Positions 8,964 to 18,280 of a stretch of DNA of 64,000 bases are shown piece by piece. Each line of letters starts with the position of its first letter. Position 1 is the first letter of the stretch. A program made the translations under genes and the position numbers. Source of the stretch: Planctomycetota bacterium (GTDB lineage: Bacteria > Planctomycetota > GCA-002687715 > DRQF01); the NCBI GenBank assembly GCA_020639295.1, contig JACKGY010000009.1:165148-229147 (forward strand), read 5' to 3'. Below the pieces are notes generated by a model. It saw only the letters and a program-made list of their open reading frames with translations. It did no database searches and was not told the origin of the DNA.

Positions 8964-9875
8964 ATGGGCGAACTCATCGACCGGCTGGTACCCCATGGCT
9001 TCCGCGAGGAGATCCGCCGCCTCCGCGATCAGGACGCCGAGATCCGCGCCCTGGGCCTGATCCTCCCCGAGCCGAAGCTCTACGAGTGGGCCCACGCGAT
9101 CGGCGTGCGGCGCTTCGAATCGCTGGCCGGCCTCGTCCCGGCACTCCCGCCCCGGGACCTGCGCGAGCGGGTCGCCGAGGCCGACGTCGAGATCTTCCTG
9201 TGGACCGGTCTCTGCGACGCGCACATGATCCTCGACGCGCTCGAGCGACACGGCGACCAGGTCGCCGGTCGGCGCGCCGCGGTCCTCGATTTCGGCTGCG
9301 GCTGCGGTCGCCAGACCCGCTTCCTCGGCAACCACGACGACCTGCTCGCCGTCCATGGCGTCGACGTCAATCCGGACCTGGTGCGCTGGTGCCAGGAACA
9401 ACTGCCGGCGGTCGACACCAGGCTCGGCGAGCCGCAGCCGCCGCTGCCCTACCCGGATGGCGGCTTCGACTACGTCTACTCGCTCTCCGTCTTCACCCAT
9501 CTGGGCGAGAAGGCCACGGAGGCCTGGATCACCGAGCTGGCTCGCGTCCTGAGACCGGGCGGGCTCGCCCTCTTGACCATCCACGGCGCGGCGGCGCTGG
9601 AGCGCATCCGCGGCAGCGCGGAGCTGCAGCGGATCGTCGGCATCGACCAGACCGAGGCCGATCGGATCGGCGCCGGCCTGGCGGACGAACTGTTCGCCTT
9701 CGTGGTCTATGACGACGACCGGCTGGCCGAGGCCCGGGCGGGCGAGACCTACGGCGTGACCTTCATCCACGAGGACCACGTCCGCCGGCACTGGAGCCGC
9801 GACTTCGAGGTGGTGGAATTCCGCTCGGGCGGCATGCGGGGCTGGCAGGACACGGTGCTCCTGCGCCGGCGCTGA
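8964..9875 (+). CDS. Class I SAM-dependent methyltransferase
   Basis: SAM motif I AAVLDFGCGCGRQTRFL and post-I/II motifs FDYVYSLSVFTHL. The start is either ATG 8964 or ATG 8958; GGAG lies just upstream. Confidence 0.75.
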   Translation: MGELIDRLVPHGFREEIRRLRDQDAEIRALGLILPEPKLYEWAHAIGVRRFESLAGLVPALPPRDLRERVAEADVEIFLWTGLCDAHMILDALERHGDQVAGRRAAVLDFGCGCGRQTRFLGNHDDLLAVHGVDVNPDLVRWCQEQLPAVDTRLGEPQPPLPYPDGGFDYVYSLSVFTHLGEKATEAWITELARVLRPGGLALLTIHGAAALERIRGSAELQRIVGIDQTEADRIGAGLADELFAFVVYDDDRLAEARAGETYGVTFIHEDHVRRHWSRDFEVVEFRSGGMRGWQDTVLLRRR

Positions 9876-9881
9876 GTCGCC

Positions 9882-10670
9882 TCAGTCGCGGAAGTCGTCG
9901 TCCAGCTCGATCGCCTGCTCGACGTCGTCACGACCCAGCTCCTTCGGAACCAGCCGGATGTCGCCGAAGGTGCCGGACTGCATGATCGCGATCGCCTGGG
10001 TCTTCACCAGGAGCAGGACGGCGAGGAAGAAGCCGAGAATCTCGCTGCGCGGCTGCCCGGCCCGCACGAGCTCGGAGAGGAAGAGCGGCCCGCCCTCGAG
10101 GATGCGGCGCTCGATCCGCGCGGCGAAATCCCGCACCGGCACCACGCGCCCCTCGATGACCCGCTCCTGCTTCACGTCGATGCGGGTCTCCGACATCACC
10201 TTGGAGAAGAACTGGAACAGGTCCCAGATCTGCAGCTCGTCGAGGGTGCGGTCCTCCTCGACGCGCGGCTCCGGGCGCGCCGATTCCGGCCGGCCGACGC
10301 GGCGCGAGCGGCGGACCGCGGACTGCTCGAGGAGCCGTGAGTGGGTCTTGGTGTTCTTGTACTCCAGGAGCTGCTGAACCAGCTCGTAGCGGGGATCGAG
10401 CTCCTCGGCCAGGTCGACCTCTTCCACCGGCAGGAGCATCTTCGACTTGATCACCATCAGGGTCGAGGCCATGACCAGGAAGTCGCCGGCCTCGTCGAGG
10501 TCGACGGCCTTGATCAGCTCGAGATAGGCCAGGTACTGGTCGAGGATGCGCCCGATCGGGATGTCGTAGATGTCCACCTCCTCCTTGCGGATCAGGTAGA
10601 GCAGGAGGTCCATCGGCCCGGCGAAGTTGTGCAGGTCGATCTTGTATTCCGGACGCTGGGCCTCGGTCAT
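9882..10670 (-). CDS. scpA: Segregation and condensation protein A (kleisin of SMC)
   Basis: Only the last 263 codons of the 807-aa track ORF look real. LHNFAGPMDLLLYLIRKEEVDIYDIPIGRILDQYLAYL is the ScpA N-terminal signature. The ATG at 10670 overlaps the upstream stop (ATGA). Confidence 0.85.
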   Translation of the reverse strand: MTEAQRPEYKIDLHNFAGPMDLLLYLIRKEEVDIYDIPIGRILDQYLAYLELIKAVDLDEAGDFLVMASTLMVIKSKMLLPVEEVDLAEELDPRYELVQQLLEYKNTKTHSRLLEQSAVRRSRRVGRPESARPEPRVEEDRTLDELQIWDLFQFFSKVMSETRIDVKQERVIEGRVVPVRDFAARIERRILEGGPLFLSELVRAGQPRSEILGFFLAVLLLVKTQAIAIMQSGTFGDIRLVPKELGRDDVEQAIELDDDFRD

Positions 10671-11365
10671 GACGGGTGTCTCACCAGGGACAGAAGGGCA
10701 CGAACGCCATGATCCACCAGGTGGAGGACTTCGGTGTAGGCGGCGATGAACTCGTCCTTGAAGCCCAGGTAGGCGATCAGGAAGACCAGGGCCAGGAGGA
10801 CGATGAAGGGGATCGAGAAGCCGTAATAGACCTGACGAAGGCGGTCGGGGAGGAGGAGCGCCACGATCCGGCTGCCGTCGAAGGGCGGGATCGGGATCAG
10901 GTTGAGCGCGGCCAGGACGAAGTTCAGCATCACCGCCTGCAGGGCGAAGACGTAGTACTGATCGAACTGCAGGGAAGCGATCAGGACGTCGGCATGGACC
11001 AGGCCCGCCAGCAGGGCCATGGACAGGCCGCCGACCAGGAGGTTGCCCGCCGGGCCGGCGGCGGCGACCAGGGCCATCCGTCGCGGTCCGAGGGCGGTGC
11101 GCACCTGCACCGGCCGGGCGCCACCCAGCATCAGACCGAAGAAGAGCATCATCAGGCTGGGCAGGATGATGGTGAACAGCAGGCTGACGTGGCTCGGCGA
11201 GAAAGGGTTGGTCCGCCGCCGGATCTGGGCGCTGCGATCGCCCAGGCGCCAGGCGGCCCAGGCGTGGCCGGCCTCGTGGACGCAGGAGGTGATCACCAGC
11301 ATGCCCAGCACGAAGGGCAGCATCTTCAACTTGAGCTCGAAGTCGGCCACGAAGGCGGTCTCCAC
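10667..11365 (-). CDS. Site-2 protease family (peptidase M50) membrane metalloprotease
   Basis: HEAGHAWAAWRLGD (HExxH) and NLIPIPPFDGSRI motifs, with several TM helices. The start is uncertain (GTG 11365 or ATG 11323). The upstream part of the track ORF overlaps the kdsD promoter and is rejected. Confidence 0.78.
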   Translation of the reverse strand: METAFVADFELKLKMLPFVLGMLVITSCVHEAGHAWAAWRLGDRSAQIRRRTNPFSPSHVSLLFTIILPSLMMLFFGLMLGGARPVQVRTALGPRRMALVAAAGPAGNLLVGGLSMALLAGLVHADVLIASLQFDQYYVFALQAVMLNFVLAALNLIPIPPFDGSRIVALLLPDRLRQVYYGFSIPFIVLLALVFLIAYLGFKDEFIAAYTEVLHLVDHGVRALLSLVRHPS

Positions 11366-11419
11366 GGGAAGTCCGGATGGTAGCAGGGAGGGCCCCGGGC
11401 TCCCAGGCCGTGGCCCTGC

Positions 11420-11449
11420 TTGAGAGCGTCCCGGAGCCACCCCTATAAT
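11420..11449 (+). promoter_or_regulatory. Sigma-70-like promoter for the kdsD operon
   Basis: TTGAGA (11420-11425), 18-nt spacer, TATAAT (11444-11449). It lies 68 nt upstream of the kdsD ATG, and a perfect TATAAT is conspicuous in GC-rich DNA. Confidence 0.45.
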
Positions 11450-11516
11450 CGCCGGGTGCTTCGGACGCGGCGCCGCAGCGCGGCCCCGGAGCCTTCGCCA
11501 CCGAAGGGAGCAGGGA

Positions 11517-12476
11517 ATGTCGAATCTCGACCACGCGATCGAGGTGCTGGAGGCCGAAGCCGCCGCCGTCCGCAACGTCATCGATCACCTCGACGAGGCC
11601 TTCGACCAGGCGGTCGAACTGATCCTGGCCTGCTCGGGCCACGTGGCGGTCTCCGGCATGGGCAAGGCCGGCATCATCGGCGAGAAGATCAGCGCCACGC
11701 TCGCCAGCACCGGCACGCCCAGCTACTTCATCCATCCGGCCGAAGCCGTCCATGGTGATCTCGGCCGACTCCGCGCCGAGGACGTGGTCCTGGCGCTCTC
11801 GAACAGCGGCGAGACCGCCGAGGTGCTGCGGCTGGTCGACTCGGTGCGCCTCTTCGGCGCCCGACTGATCGCCATCACCGGCAACGAGGACAGCCGCTTG
11901 GCGCGCCATGCCGACCATCACCTGTTCATCGGCCGCCCCGGGGAAGCCTGCCCGATGGGCCTGGCGCCGACCTCGACGACGACGGCGATGCTGGCCCTGG
12001 GCGACGCCCTGGCCATGGTGGTGCAGAAGCGCCGCGACTTCGGCCCCGAGGACTACGCCCGCTTCCACCCCGGCGGCAGCCTCGGCCGCCGGCTGATGCG
12101 CGTGCATGAGATCATGCGCCGCGACGATCTGGTCACCATCGTCCCCGAGACGGCGACCGCGCATGAGACGCTCCTGGCGATGAACTCGACTCGCGGCCGG
12201 CCCGGCGCCGCCTGCATCGTCGACGGCGCCGGTCGGCTGACCGGCTTCATCACCGACGGCGACCTGGTGCGCGCGCTCGGTCGTGGGGTCGACTTCCTCC
12301 GCCATCCGGTGGCGGAGCTGATGATCCGGACCCCCAAGACGATCGGTCCCGATCAGCTCGCTTCCGAGGCCGAGCGGCTGATGCGCGAGAAGAAGATCGA
12401 CCAGCTCGCCGTGATCGACGACGACCAGCGGCCGATCGGCCTGATCGACGTCCAGGATCTGGTGCAGGCGCGATGA
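11517..12476 (+). CDS. kdsD: Arabinose-5-phosphate isomerase (KpsF/GutQ/KdsD family; SIS + tandem CBS)
   Basis: SIS domain motif VAVSGMGKAGIIGEKISATLASTGTPSYFIHPAEAVHGDLG, followed by a CBS pair at the C-terminus. Confidence 0.9.
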   Translation: MSNLDHAIEVLEAEAAAVRNVIDHLDEAFDQAVELILACSGHVAVSGMGKAGIIGEKISATLASTGTPSYFIHPAEAVHGDLGRLRAEDVVLALSNSGETAEVLRLVDSVRLFGARLIAITGNEDSRLARHADHHLFIGRPGEACPMGLAPTSTTTAMLALGDALAMVVQKRRDFGPEDYARFHPGGSLGRRLMRVHEIMRRDDLVTIVPETATAHETLLAMNSTRGRPGAACIVDGAGRLTGFITDGDLVRALGRGVDFLRHPVAELMIRTPKTIGPDQLASEAERLMREKKIDQLAVIDDDQRPIGLIDVQDLVQAR

Positions 12477-12994
12477 GCGTCACCCGCGAACGTCTCGAAC
12501 GCCTCCGGGTCCTGCTCTTCGACGTCGACGGCATCCTCACCGACAACGGTCTCTACGTCGGCGAGGACGGCAACGTCAGCAAGCGCTTCAACATCCTCGA
12601 CGGCGCCGGGATCAAGTTCGCGCAGATGGCCGGGCTGGCCACCGGACTGATCAGCGGCCATCAGTCCGAGGCGACCAGGAAGCGCGCGGCCCAGCTCGGC
12701 ATGACCGTCTGCCACGTCGGCGTGAAGGACAAGATCCCGGTCTTCGACGCCGTCCTCGCCGAGCTCGGGCTCGAACCCGACCAGGCGCTCTACATGGGCG
12801 ACGATCTCATGGACATGCCGCTGCTACGCCGAGCCGGCATCGCGGTCACGGTGCCGGAGGCCGATCCCCTCGTGCTCGAGATCTGCGACCACGTCACCCG
12901 CCGGGCCGGCGGCCAGGGCGCCGTGCGCGAGATGGTCGAATGGGTCCTGCGAGGACTCGGTCGCTGGGACGAGATCGTGGCGAGGTACGCCTGA
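12473..12994 (+). CDS. kdsC: 3-deoxy-D-manno-octulosonate 8-phosphate phosphatase (HAD-IIIA, YrbI family)
   Basis: LLFDVDGILTDNGLYVGEDG..KRFNILDGAGIK and YMGDDLMDMP motifs. Overlaps the kdsD stop by 4 nt. Confidence 0.88.
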   Translation: MSVTRERLERLRVLLFDVDGILTDNGLYVGEDGNVSKRFNILDGAGIKFAQMAGLATGLISGHQSEATRKRAAQLGMTVCHVGVKDKIPVFDAVLAELGLEPDQALYMGDDLMDMPLLRRAGIAVTVPEADPLVLEICDHVTRRAGGQGAVREMVEWVLRGLGRWDEIVARYA

Positions 12995-12995
12995 G

Positions 12996-15833
12996 GTGCG
13001 CCGCACCATCCTGATCATCCTCGCCTTCCTGCCGGCCCTGGTGGCCGTGGCCCTGTTCCGGTCCCTCGATCATGGTCCGAAGCCGCGTCTCGGCCGGCTG
13101 CCCGCCGACGATCAGGACGGCGCGGCCCTCGACGAGCCCCTGTCGGGCTTCTCCGGCACGGGCACCTTCTACCGTCGTCTGGCTCCGATCGTCCTCGATG
13201 GCGAGCAGTTCCAGTACCCGTCGACCTACTACCTGCTCGACTCCTGGCGGCGCGCTCCGAGCGGTGACTTCGAGATCGACGGCCTGCTGGTGGTGCGCAA
13301 CGAGAAGCCGCGCAGCATCACGGAGCTCGAACGGGACCTGCTCGATGTGCCCAACTCCCTCGGCGCCGAAGACCGGCGCGCGCTCCTCGAGCGCGAACGG
13401 GCCCGCTTCGATTCGCTGGAGGCCGGGCGAGCCCTCGCCCGCGGCGGACGCACGGTGGCGGACTGCGACGGCTTCGAGCTGAGTGAGGGCGTCGAGGCGC
13501 TCATCCCCGCCGCCGAGGCCGAGGGCGGTCGGCTCCGCCTGAGCACGAACGACGCGCGACTCGACCTCGGCGAGGGCCGACTCCGGACCTTGCAGGTGCC
13601 CGCGGACTTCCGCGCCGAGCACCCGGACTACCTGCTCCAGGGCCAGGGGCTCCTGGCCAGGGAGAACGAACAGGAGATCCGCGTCCTCGCCCGACCACGC
13701 TTCGAGGCCCTCGGTCTCGCCCCAGGTGAACGGCGCACGATCAGCGCCTCCGGGCCACTGGTCTGGCGGCCCGATCCGCTCGCCGACGGCAGCCTGCCCG
13801 ACATCCTCGATCGCGTGCGACTCGACTTCGGCGAGGTGGAGATGCGCGACGACCTCGAGCTGCTCCTCGACGACATCCGGCTCCAGGGGAAGACCGCGAC
13901 GCTGCGCATCGGCAAGCGCGACGGCAGCATGCGCGGTCGGCTCTCCGGCTTCGTGGTCGAGGGTCAGGTCGTGGTGGAATCACCCCGCGGCCGGGTCGCC
14001 GGGGATCGCGCGCGCGGCCTCCTGGCCGAGGACGGCAGCATGACCCTGGTCCTGGAAGGACGGCCCGGTCTGGTCGAGTGGCACGATGCCGCCGGCTCGG
14101 AACGGAAGAGCTTCGTCGCGCGTTGCCAGGGCCCGATCGAACTCAAGGCGCCGCCGACCAGCGCGCGCGAGTCCGAACCCCTGCTCCTGAACTTCGACGG
14201 CGAGGTCGCGCTCGAGCTGCCCTATCAGGACGAGACCGCGCGACTCACCGGCGAGAGCCTCGAGCTGAAGATGATCCGCGTGCCCCTGAACGAGGCCGGC
14301 AAGGAACCGAGCTCGGCTTGGCGACTCGGCGAGGGCATCCTGCGCGGGCGCACCAGCGGCCAGGCCCGCGAGCATTCGTTCAGCAGTCCGCGGCTCGCTC
14401 TGCAGCGGCACTACGACGAGAACGGCCTGCAGATCGACGACCTCCTCGTGCTCGACGGGCCGGTGGTGGTGGAGCGCGCGGGCGGCCTGAGCCGTGACGA
14501 CCCGGAACTGAAGAGCGTGATCGAGGCCCGCCGTCGTTTCGAGCTGGTCCTGCCGGCCTCGCCTTTCGCCGATGGCCGGGCTACCGCCGACGGCCACGTC
14601 CGCCTGCGCGAGAATCGCGGCCGCGTCACCGAACGGAGCCTCGACTGCGAACACATCGAGATCGTCCGCGGACCGGAGACCACGGCCCCGGGCGAGAGTC
14701 GCATGGTCCTGAAGAGCCTGCTCGCGCGCGACTCGGTCGCGGCGCGCGACGAGCGCGGCTCGTCCTTGGCCGGCGAGCTGGTCACCTGGGACCGCGTGAC
14801 CCGACTGGGGCGCGTGGAGGGTGGGCCCGCGCGCGCCGCCTTCGTCGACCGGCTCGGGCGCCGGCAGGATCTCGCCGCGACGCTGCTCACCTTCAACTCG
14901 GCGAGCGGCACGGTGAGCGGCGAGGGCTCGGTCCTGGCCAATCTGCATTTCCCCGCCCTGCGGCTCGCCGACGATCGGGAGAAGACCGACGACGAGCGGG
15001 TCGAGGGCCGTCCCGACCTGGCCTGGGAGATCGCCTGTGGTCGTTTCGCTGCCCGCTTCAGCGGCAACCTCCCGCTCAGCGAGGCCGTCGCCGGTGCCGA
15101 GCCGCAGTCCGCGGAGCTGGTGGAGATCGACCTGGAGACCGAGGTCAGGGTCGAGAACCCCGAGCAACGCGTGCTCGCCGACGCCCTCCATTACGATCTG
15201 AGGACCGCGGCGGGGAGCGCTCGGGGGCAACCGGTCCGGGTGCGGGCGGAGCGGCAGCTCGACGACGGCTCCCGGGTCGAGGACTGGTTGGAGGCGGAAC
15301 AGCTCCTGATCGAGCCCGACTGGACCCTGCTTCGCGGCAAGAGTCGCGCCCTGCTCCACGTCGTCGCCGAGCGGCAGGAGGCCGGACGGCCGACGCGCTA
15401 CGAGGATCTCAAGATCGACTGCCAGGACGACGTCCTGCTCAAGGGCAATCAGCTCGACTTCAGCGGGCGGACGCGGCTCGTCCGCGGCGTCGCCGCCGAG
15501 GGCGGTCTCGACGTCCAGGCCGACGGCGTCGCCGTGACCTTCGCGCCAGCGCCGGAGCGATCGGGTGGTCGGGGCGAGCTGCGCCGGGTCACCGGTAGTG
15601 GCCAGGTCGTCATCTCCTGGCGCGACCTCTCCGGCCAGGGCGACACCCTCACGCTGGACTACGTCGACCGCACGGTGATCCTGGCGGCCAAGCCGGGCGA
15701 GAACTGCGAACTGCGCCGCGGCCGTGGCACGGCCGGGCGGAGCGAGGTGGTGATCTACGACATGGACAGCCGCAAGATCACCCAGACCCGACTTCGGGTC
15801 GAGAAGTCGCGGACCGAGAAGGAGAAGCCATGA
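12996..15833 (+). CDS. Large membrane-anchored periplasmic protein in the lptC/lptA position; tentatively built of OstA/LptA-like repeats
   Basis: The GTG lies 1 nt after the kdsC stop, and the stop overlaps the lptD ATG (ATGA). N-terminal TM helix: RRTILIILAFLPALVAVALF. Segments resembling LptA strands recur (GELVTWDRVTRLGRVEGGP, ADALHYDLRTAAGSARGQPVRV, GDTLTLDYVDRTVILAAKPG). The product assignment is an inference. Confidence 0.7.
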   Translation: MRRTILIILAFLPALVAVALFRSLDHGPKPRLGRLPADDQDGAALDEPLSGFSGTGTFYRRLAPIVLDGEQFQYPSTYYLLDSWRRAPSGDFEIDGLLVVRNEKPRSITELERDLLDVPNSLGAEDRRALLERERARFDSLEAGRALARGGRTVADCDGFELSEGVEALIPAAEAEGGRLRLSTNDARLDLGEGRLRTLQVPADFRAEHPDYLLQGQGLLARENEQEIRVLARPRFEALGLAPGERRTISASGPLVWRPDPLADGSLPDILDRVRLDFGEVEMRDDLELLLDDIRLQGKTATLRIGKRDGSMRGRLSGFVVEGQVVVESPRGRVAGDRARGLLAEDGSMTLVLEGRPGLVEWHDAAGSERKSFVARCQGPIELKAPPTSARESEPLLLNFDGEVALELPYQDETARLTGESLELKMIRVPLNEAGKEPSSAWRLGEGILRGRTSGQAREHSFSSPRLALQRHYDENGLQIDDLLVLDGPVVVERAGGLSRDDPELKSVIEARRRFELVLPASPFADGRATADGHVRLRENRGRVTERSLDCEHIEIVRGPETTAPGESRMVLKSLLARDSVAARDERGSSLAGELVTWDRVTRLGRVEGGPARAAFVDRLGRRQDLAATLLTFNSASGTVSGEGSVLANLHFPALRLADDREKTDDERVEGRPDLAWEIACGRFAARFSGNLPLSEAVAGAEPQSAELVEIDLETEVRVENPEQRVLADALHYDLRTAAGSARGQPVRVRAERQLDDGSRVEDWLEAEQLLIEPDWTLLRGKSRALLHVVAERQEAGRPTRYEDLKIDCQDDVLLKGNQLDFSGRTRLVRGVAAEGGLDVQADGVAVTFAPAPERSGGRGELRRVTGSGQVVISWRDLSGQGDTLTLDYVDRTVILAAKPGENCELRRGRGTAGRSEVVIYDMDSRKITQTRLRVEKSRTEKEKP

Positions 15834-18085
15834 TACGGCCCGGGACGCTCGCCCTCATCCTCGTCCTCCTGCAGGTCGGCCTGGTCGGCCAGGAGCAGGA
15901 ACGGCAGACGATCACGGCGACCTTCGAGGCCGGCTGGACCCAGCTCGATCCGGTCAACGACGTGTTCACCGCCGTCGGCAACGTGCGCCTCACCTGGCTC
16001 GGCGGCGAGCTGCGCTGCGACAACGCGGTGATCTGGTGCGGCAGCGGAGAGGAAGCTCCCGCCGAGGGCGAACGCGAGGGCTTCCAGGTCCGGGAGGTCT
16101 ACGCCGAGGGCGAGGTCCACCTGCGCCAGGGCGAGCACTGGCTCCATCTCGAGAGCGCGCGCGGCTTCGTCGATCCGGTAAACGACCGCGGGCTCTTCTT
16201 CGACACCACGATGAGCCTCGAACTCCCCGGCAAGGACGGCAAGATCAAGCTCACCGCCCGCGCCGCGGAGGCGATCCGCATCGCCGAGGATCGCTTCGAG
16301 CTCCGCGACATCCGGCTGACGACGAGCCCCTTCGCCGACCCCGGCTACCACATCAGCTCGGCGCGCCTCCGGCTCCAGCTCGATCCCCCGGCACAGGACC
16401 CCCAGGGCAAGCCGGGCGAGACCGTCCGCAACCTGCGCTACGAGCTGGACGGCTCCGTGCTGGCGCTGGAGGGCGTGGACGTCCTGCCCCTTCCCGGGAT
16501 CACCGGCAACACGCAGGACGACTCCTTCAACTGGATCAAGAGGATCGGCGTCGACAAGAGCAGCCGCTTCGGCTACTCGGGCTTCCTCTCGGTCGGCAAC
16601 AACATCCGCATCGATGATCAGCGCTGGGGCGACTGGACCCTGCACACGCGCTACCTCGGTGATCGCGGTCCGGGCCTCGGCCTCGATCTCCAGTACGAGA
16701 CGCCCGACTACCGCGGCCGCTTCGAGGGCTTCTACCAGCACGACGAGGGCCGCGACGAGCTCTTCGGCGCGCCGCCGGACAACGAGCGGGGTCGGGCGCT
16801 CTGGCGCCATCGTCACCACGACATCGGCGAGGGCATCCAGCTCGACCTCGAGTTCTCCAAGCTCACCGACCGGGGCTATCTTCCCGAGTACGAGGAAGAG
16901 GAGTTCAAGTCGGGCAAGGAGCAGGAGACTCTGGCCTACTTCCGCCGGGCCATGGAGAATCGGGCCGCCACCCTGCTCGTCAGCACGCGCCTGAACGAAT
17001 GGCAGACGCAGGTCGAGCGGCAGCCGCAATTCCGTTACGACCTGATCGCCGAGCCGCTGGTCGATCTCGGGCCGATGACCCTCTACTACGATGCCGGCTG
17101 GGAGGTTTCGCGGTCGCGCCTGCGCTACGACGACTTCCTCGATCGCAACGATCGGGACGCCTTTCGCGCCGATCTCGACAACGGGTTGTCGGCACCCTTC
17201 TTCGCCGGGCCGGTGAAGCTCGAGCCCTTCGTCGGCATGCGCTACACCCACTACTCGAACGGGGCCCTCGGCTCGGCCTCGATCGATCGCGTCGGCTTCC
17301 TCTACGGCCTGCGCGCCACCACCGAACTGGCCCGCAGCTTCGACCTGCAGGGCGGCCTCTTCGACCTGGAGGGCCTCCGGCACATCATCATGCCGGAGAT
17401 CGAGTACCTGCGGATCACCGGGGTCTCGGAGGATCTCGTGGACGTGATCCAGTTCGATCGCCTGGATCGGCTGGACGAGTACGAGGTGATCCGCCTCGGA
17501 CTGCGCAACCGGCTGCAGACCATCTGGCACATCGACGGCGAGGATCGGGTGGTCGATTTCCTCGACCTCGACCTCGAGTGGAGCTTCTTCCCCAAGGCGG
17601 AGCGCGACAACCGCGGCGAGGAGCTCGGCAATCTCGACCTCGACCTGATGTTGCGCCTCGATCCCCGCTTCACCTGGCTGGTGGACTTCGAGTACTCCTT
17701 CCGCCTGGACACGATGGAGATCTTCAACACCACGCTCGGCTGGGCGGCGAGCCCGGAGTTCCAGCTCGCGCTCGGCTATCGCCGCTACGTCGACGTCAAC
17801 GACGTCGGTCTGATCCAGGCGCAGTGGCGGCCGACCGAGCGACTCGGTTTCCGGCTCGACCTGGGCTACGACTTCGAGGACGACGAGTTCCAGGACACGC
17901 GCCTGACCCTGGTGCGCTACGGTGTCGATTGGGTCTTCGAGGTCGAACTGGACTGGGACAAGTCCGAGGGCTTCGGCTTCGGGATCTCGATCAGCCCGCG
18001 CGCGCTCTTCGATCCGCGGCTCCGGGCCCGGACCCTGCGCGGCGAACCCCGGTTCCTCGACTTCGACGACGGCCTGATCCGCTGA
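15830..18085 (+). CDS. lptD: LPS-assembly outer-membrane protein LptD (OstA)
   Basis: Signal peptide, then an OstA_N-like N-terminal region (VGNVRLTWLGGELRCDNAVIW..VYAEGEVHLRQGE). The TTSPFADPGYHISSARLRL segment follows, then a long beta-barrel-like C-terminal region rich in alternating aromatic residues. Confidence 0.8.
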   Translation: MIRPGTLALILVLLQVGLVGQEQERQTITATFEAGWTQLDPVNDVFTAVGNVRLTWLGGELRCDNAVIWCGSGEEAPAEGEREGFQVREVYAEGEVHLRQGEHWLHLESARGFVDPVNDRGLFFDTTMSLELPGKDGKIKLTARAAEAIRIAEDRFELRDIRLTTSPFADPGYHISSARLRLQLDPPAQDPQGKPGETVRNLRYELDGSVLALEGVDVLPLPGITGNTQDDSFNWIKRIGVDKSSRFGYSGFLSVGNNIRIDDQRWGDWTLHTRYLGDRGPGLGLDLQYETPDYRGRFEGFYQHDEGRDELFGAPPDNERGRALWRHRHHDIGEGIQLDLEFSKLTDRGYLPEYEEEEFKSGKEQETLAYFRRAMENRAATLLVSTRLNEWQTQVERQPQFRYDLIAEPLVDLGPMTLYYDAGWEVSRSRLRYDDFLDRNDRDAFRADLDNGLSAPFFAGPVKLEPFVGMRYTHYSNGALGSASIDRVGFLYGLRATTELARSFDLQGGLFDLEGLRHIIMPEIEYLRITGVSEDLVDVIQFDRLDRLDEYEVIRLGLRNRLQTIWHIDGEDRVVDFLDLDLEWSFFPKAERDNRGEELGNLDLDLMLRLDPRFTWLVDFEYSFRLDTMEIFNTTLGWAASPEFQLALGYRRYVDVNDVGLIQAQWRPTERLGFRLDLGYDFEDDEFQDTRLTLVRYGVDWVFEVELDWDKSEGFGFGISISPRALFDPRLRARTLRGEPRFLDFDDGLIR

Positions 18086-18245
18086 GGAGCCTCCTCCGAC
18101 CGGGCTCGGGCCGCGTCACCACCCTGTTCCCGGAAGCGAGACCCGGTGGTTTCACGGGCATGGGGTTCCGAGGCCGGGCGTCGCCAATCGCGGCCCGGCG
18201 CGCCGCCTGCGCGCGTGGCGGCGACGCGCGATGCGGGTTAGCCCC

Positions 18246-18274
18246 TTGAAGCGCTCCCTGGGCGGGTCGAGAAT
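18246..18274 (+). promoter_or_regulatory. Candidate promoter placing the transcription start at or next to the tatA ATG (leaderless mRNA)
   Basis: TTGAAG (18246-18251), 17-nt spacer, GAGAAT (18269-18274). The ATG at 18281 is 7 nt after the -10 element, and there is no Shine-Dalgarno sequence in between. Confidence 0.3.
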
Positions 18275-18280
18275 GAGCGC

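Noticed and set aside
9882-12305. 807-aa ORF on the minus strand spanning scpA, the M50 protease and kdsD
   Set aside because: Only its last 263 codons have a real protein signature (ScpA). The upstream part is Arg/Pro/Gly/Ala-rich low-complexity sequence. It runs out of frame across the M50 protease gene (same strand) and antisense across kdsD. It is a typical high-GC open-frame artefact.
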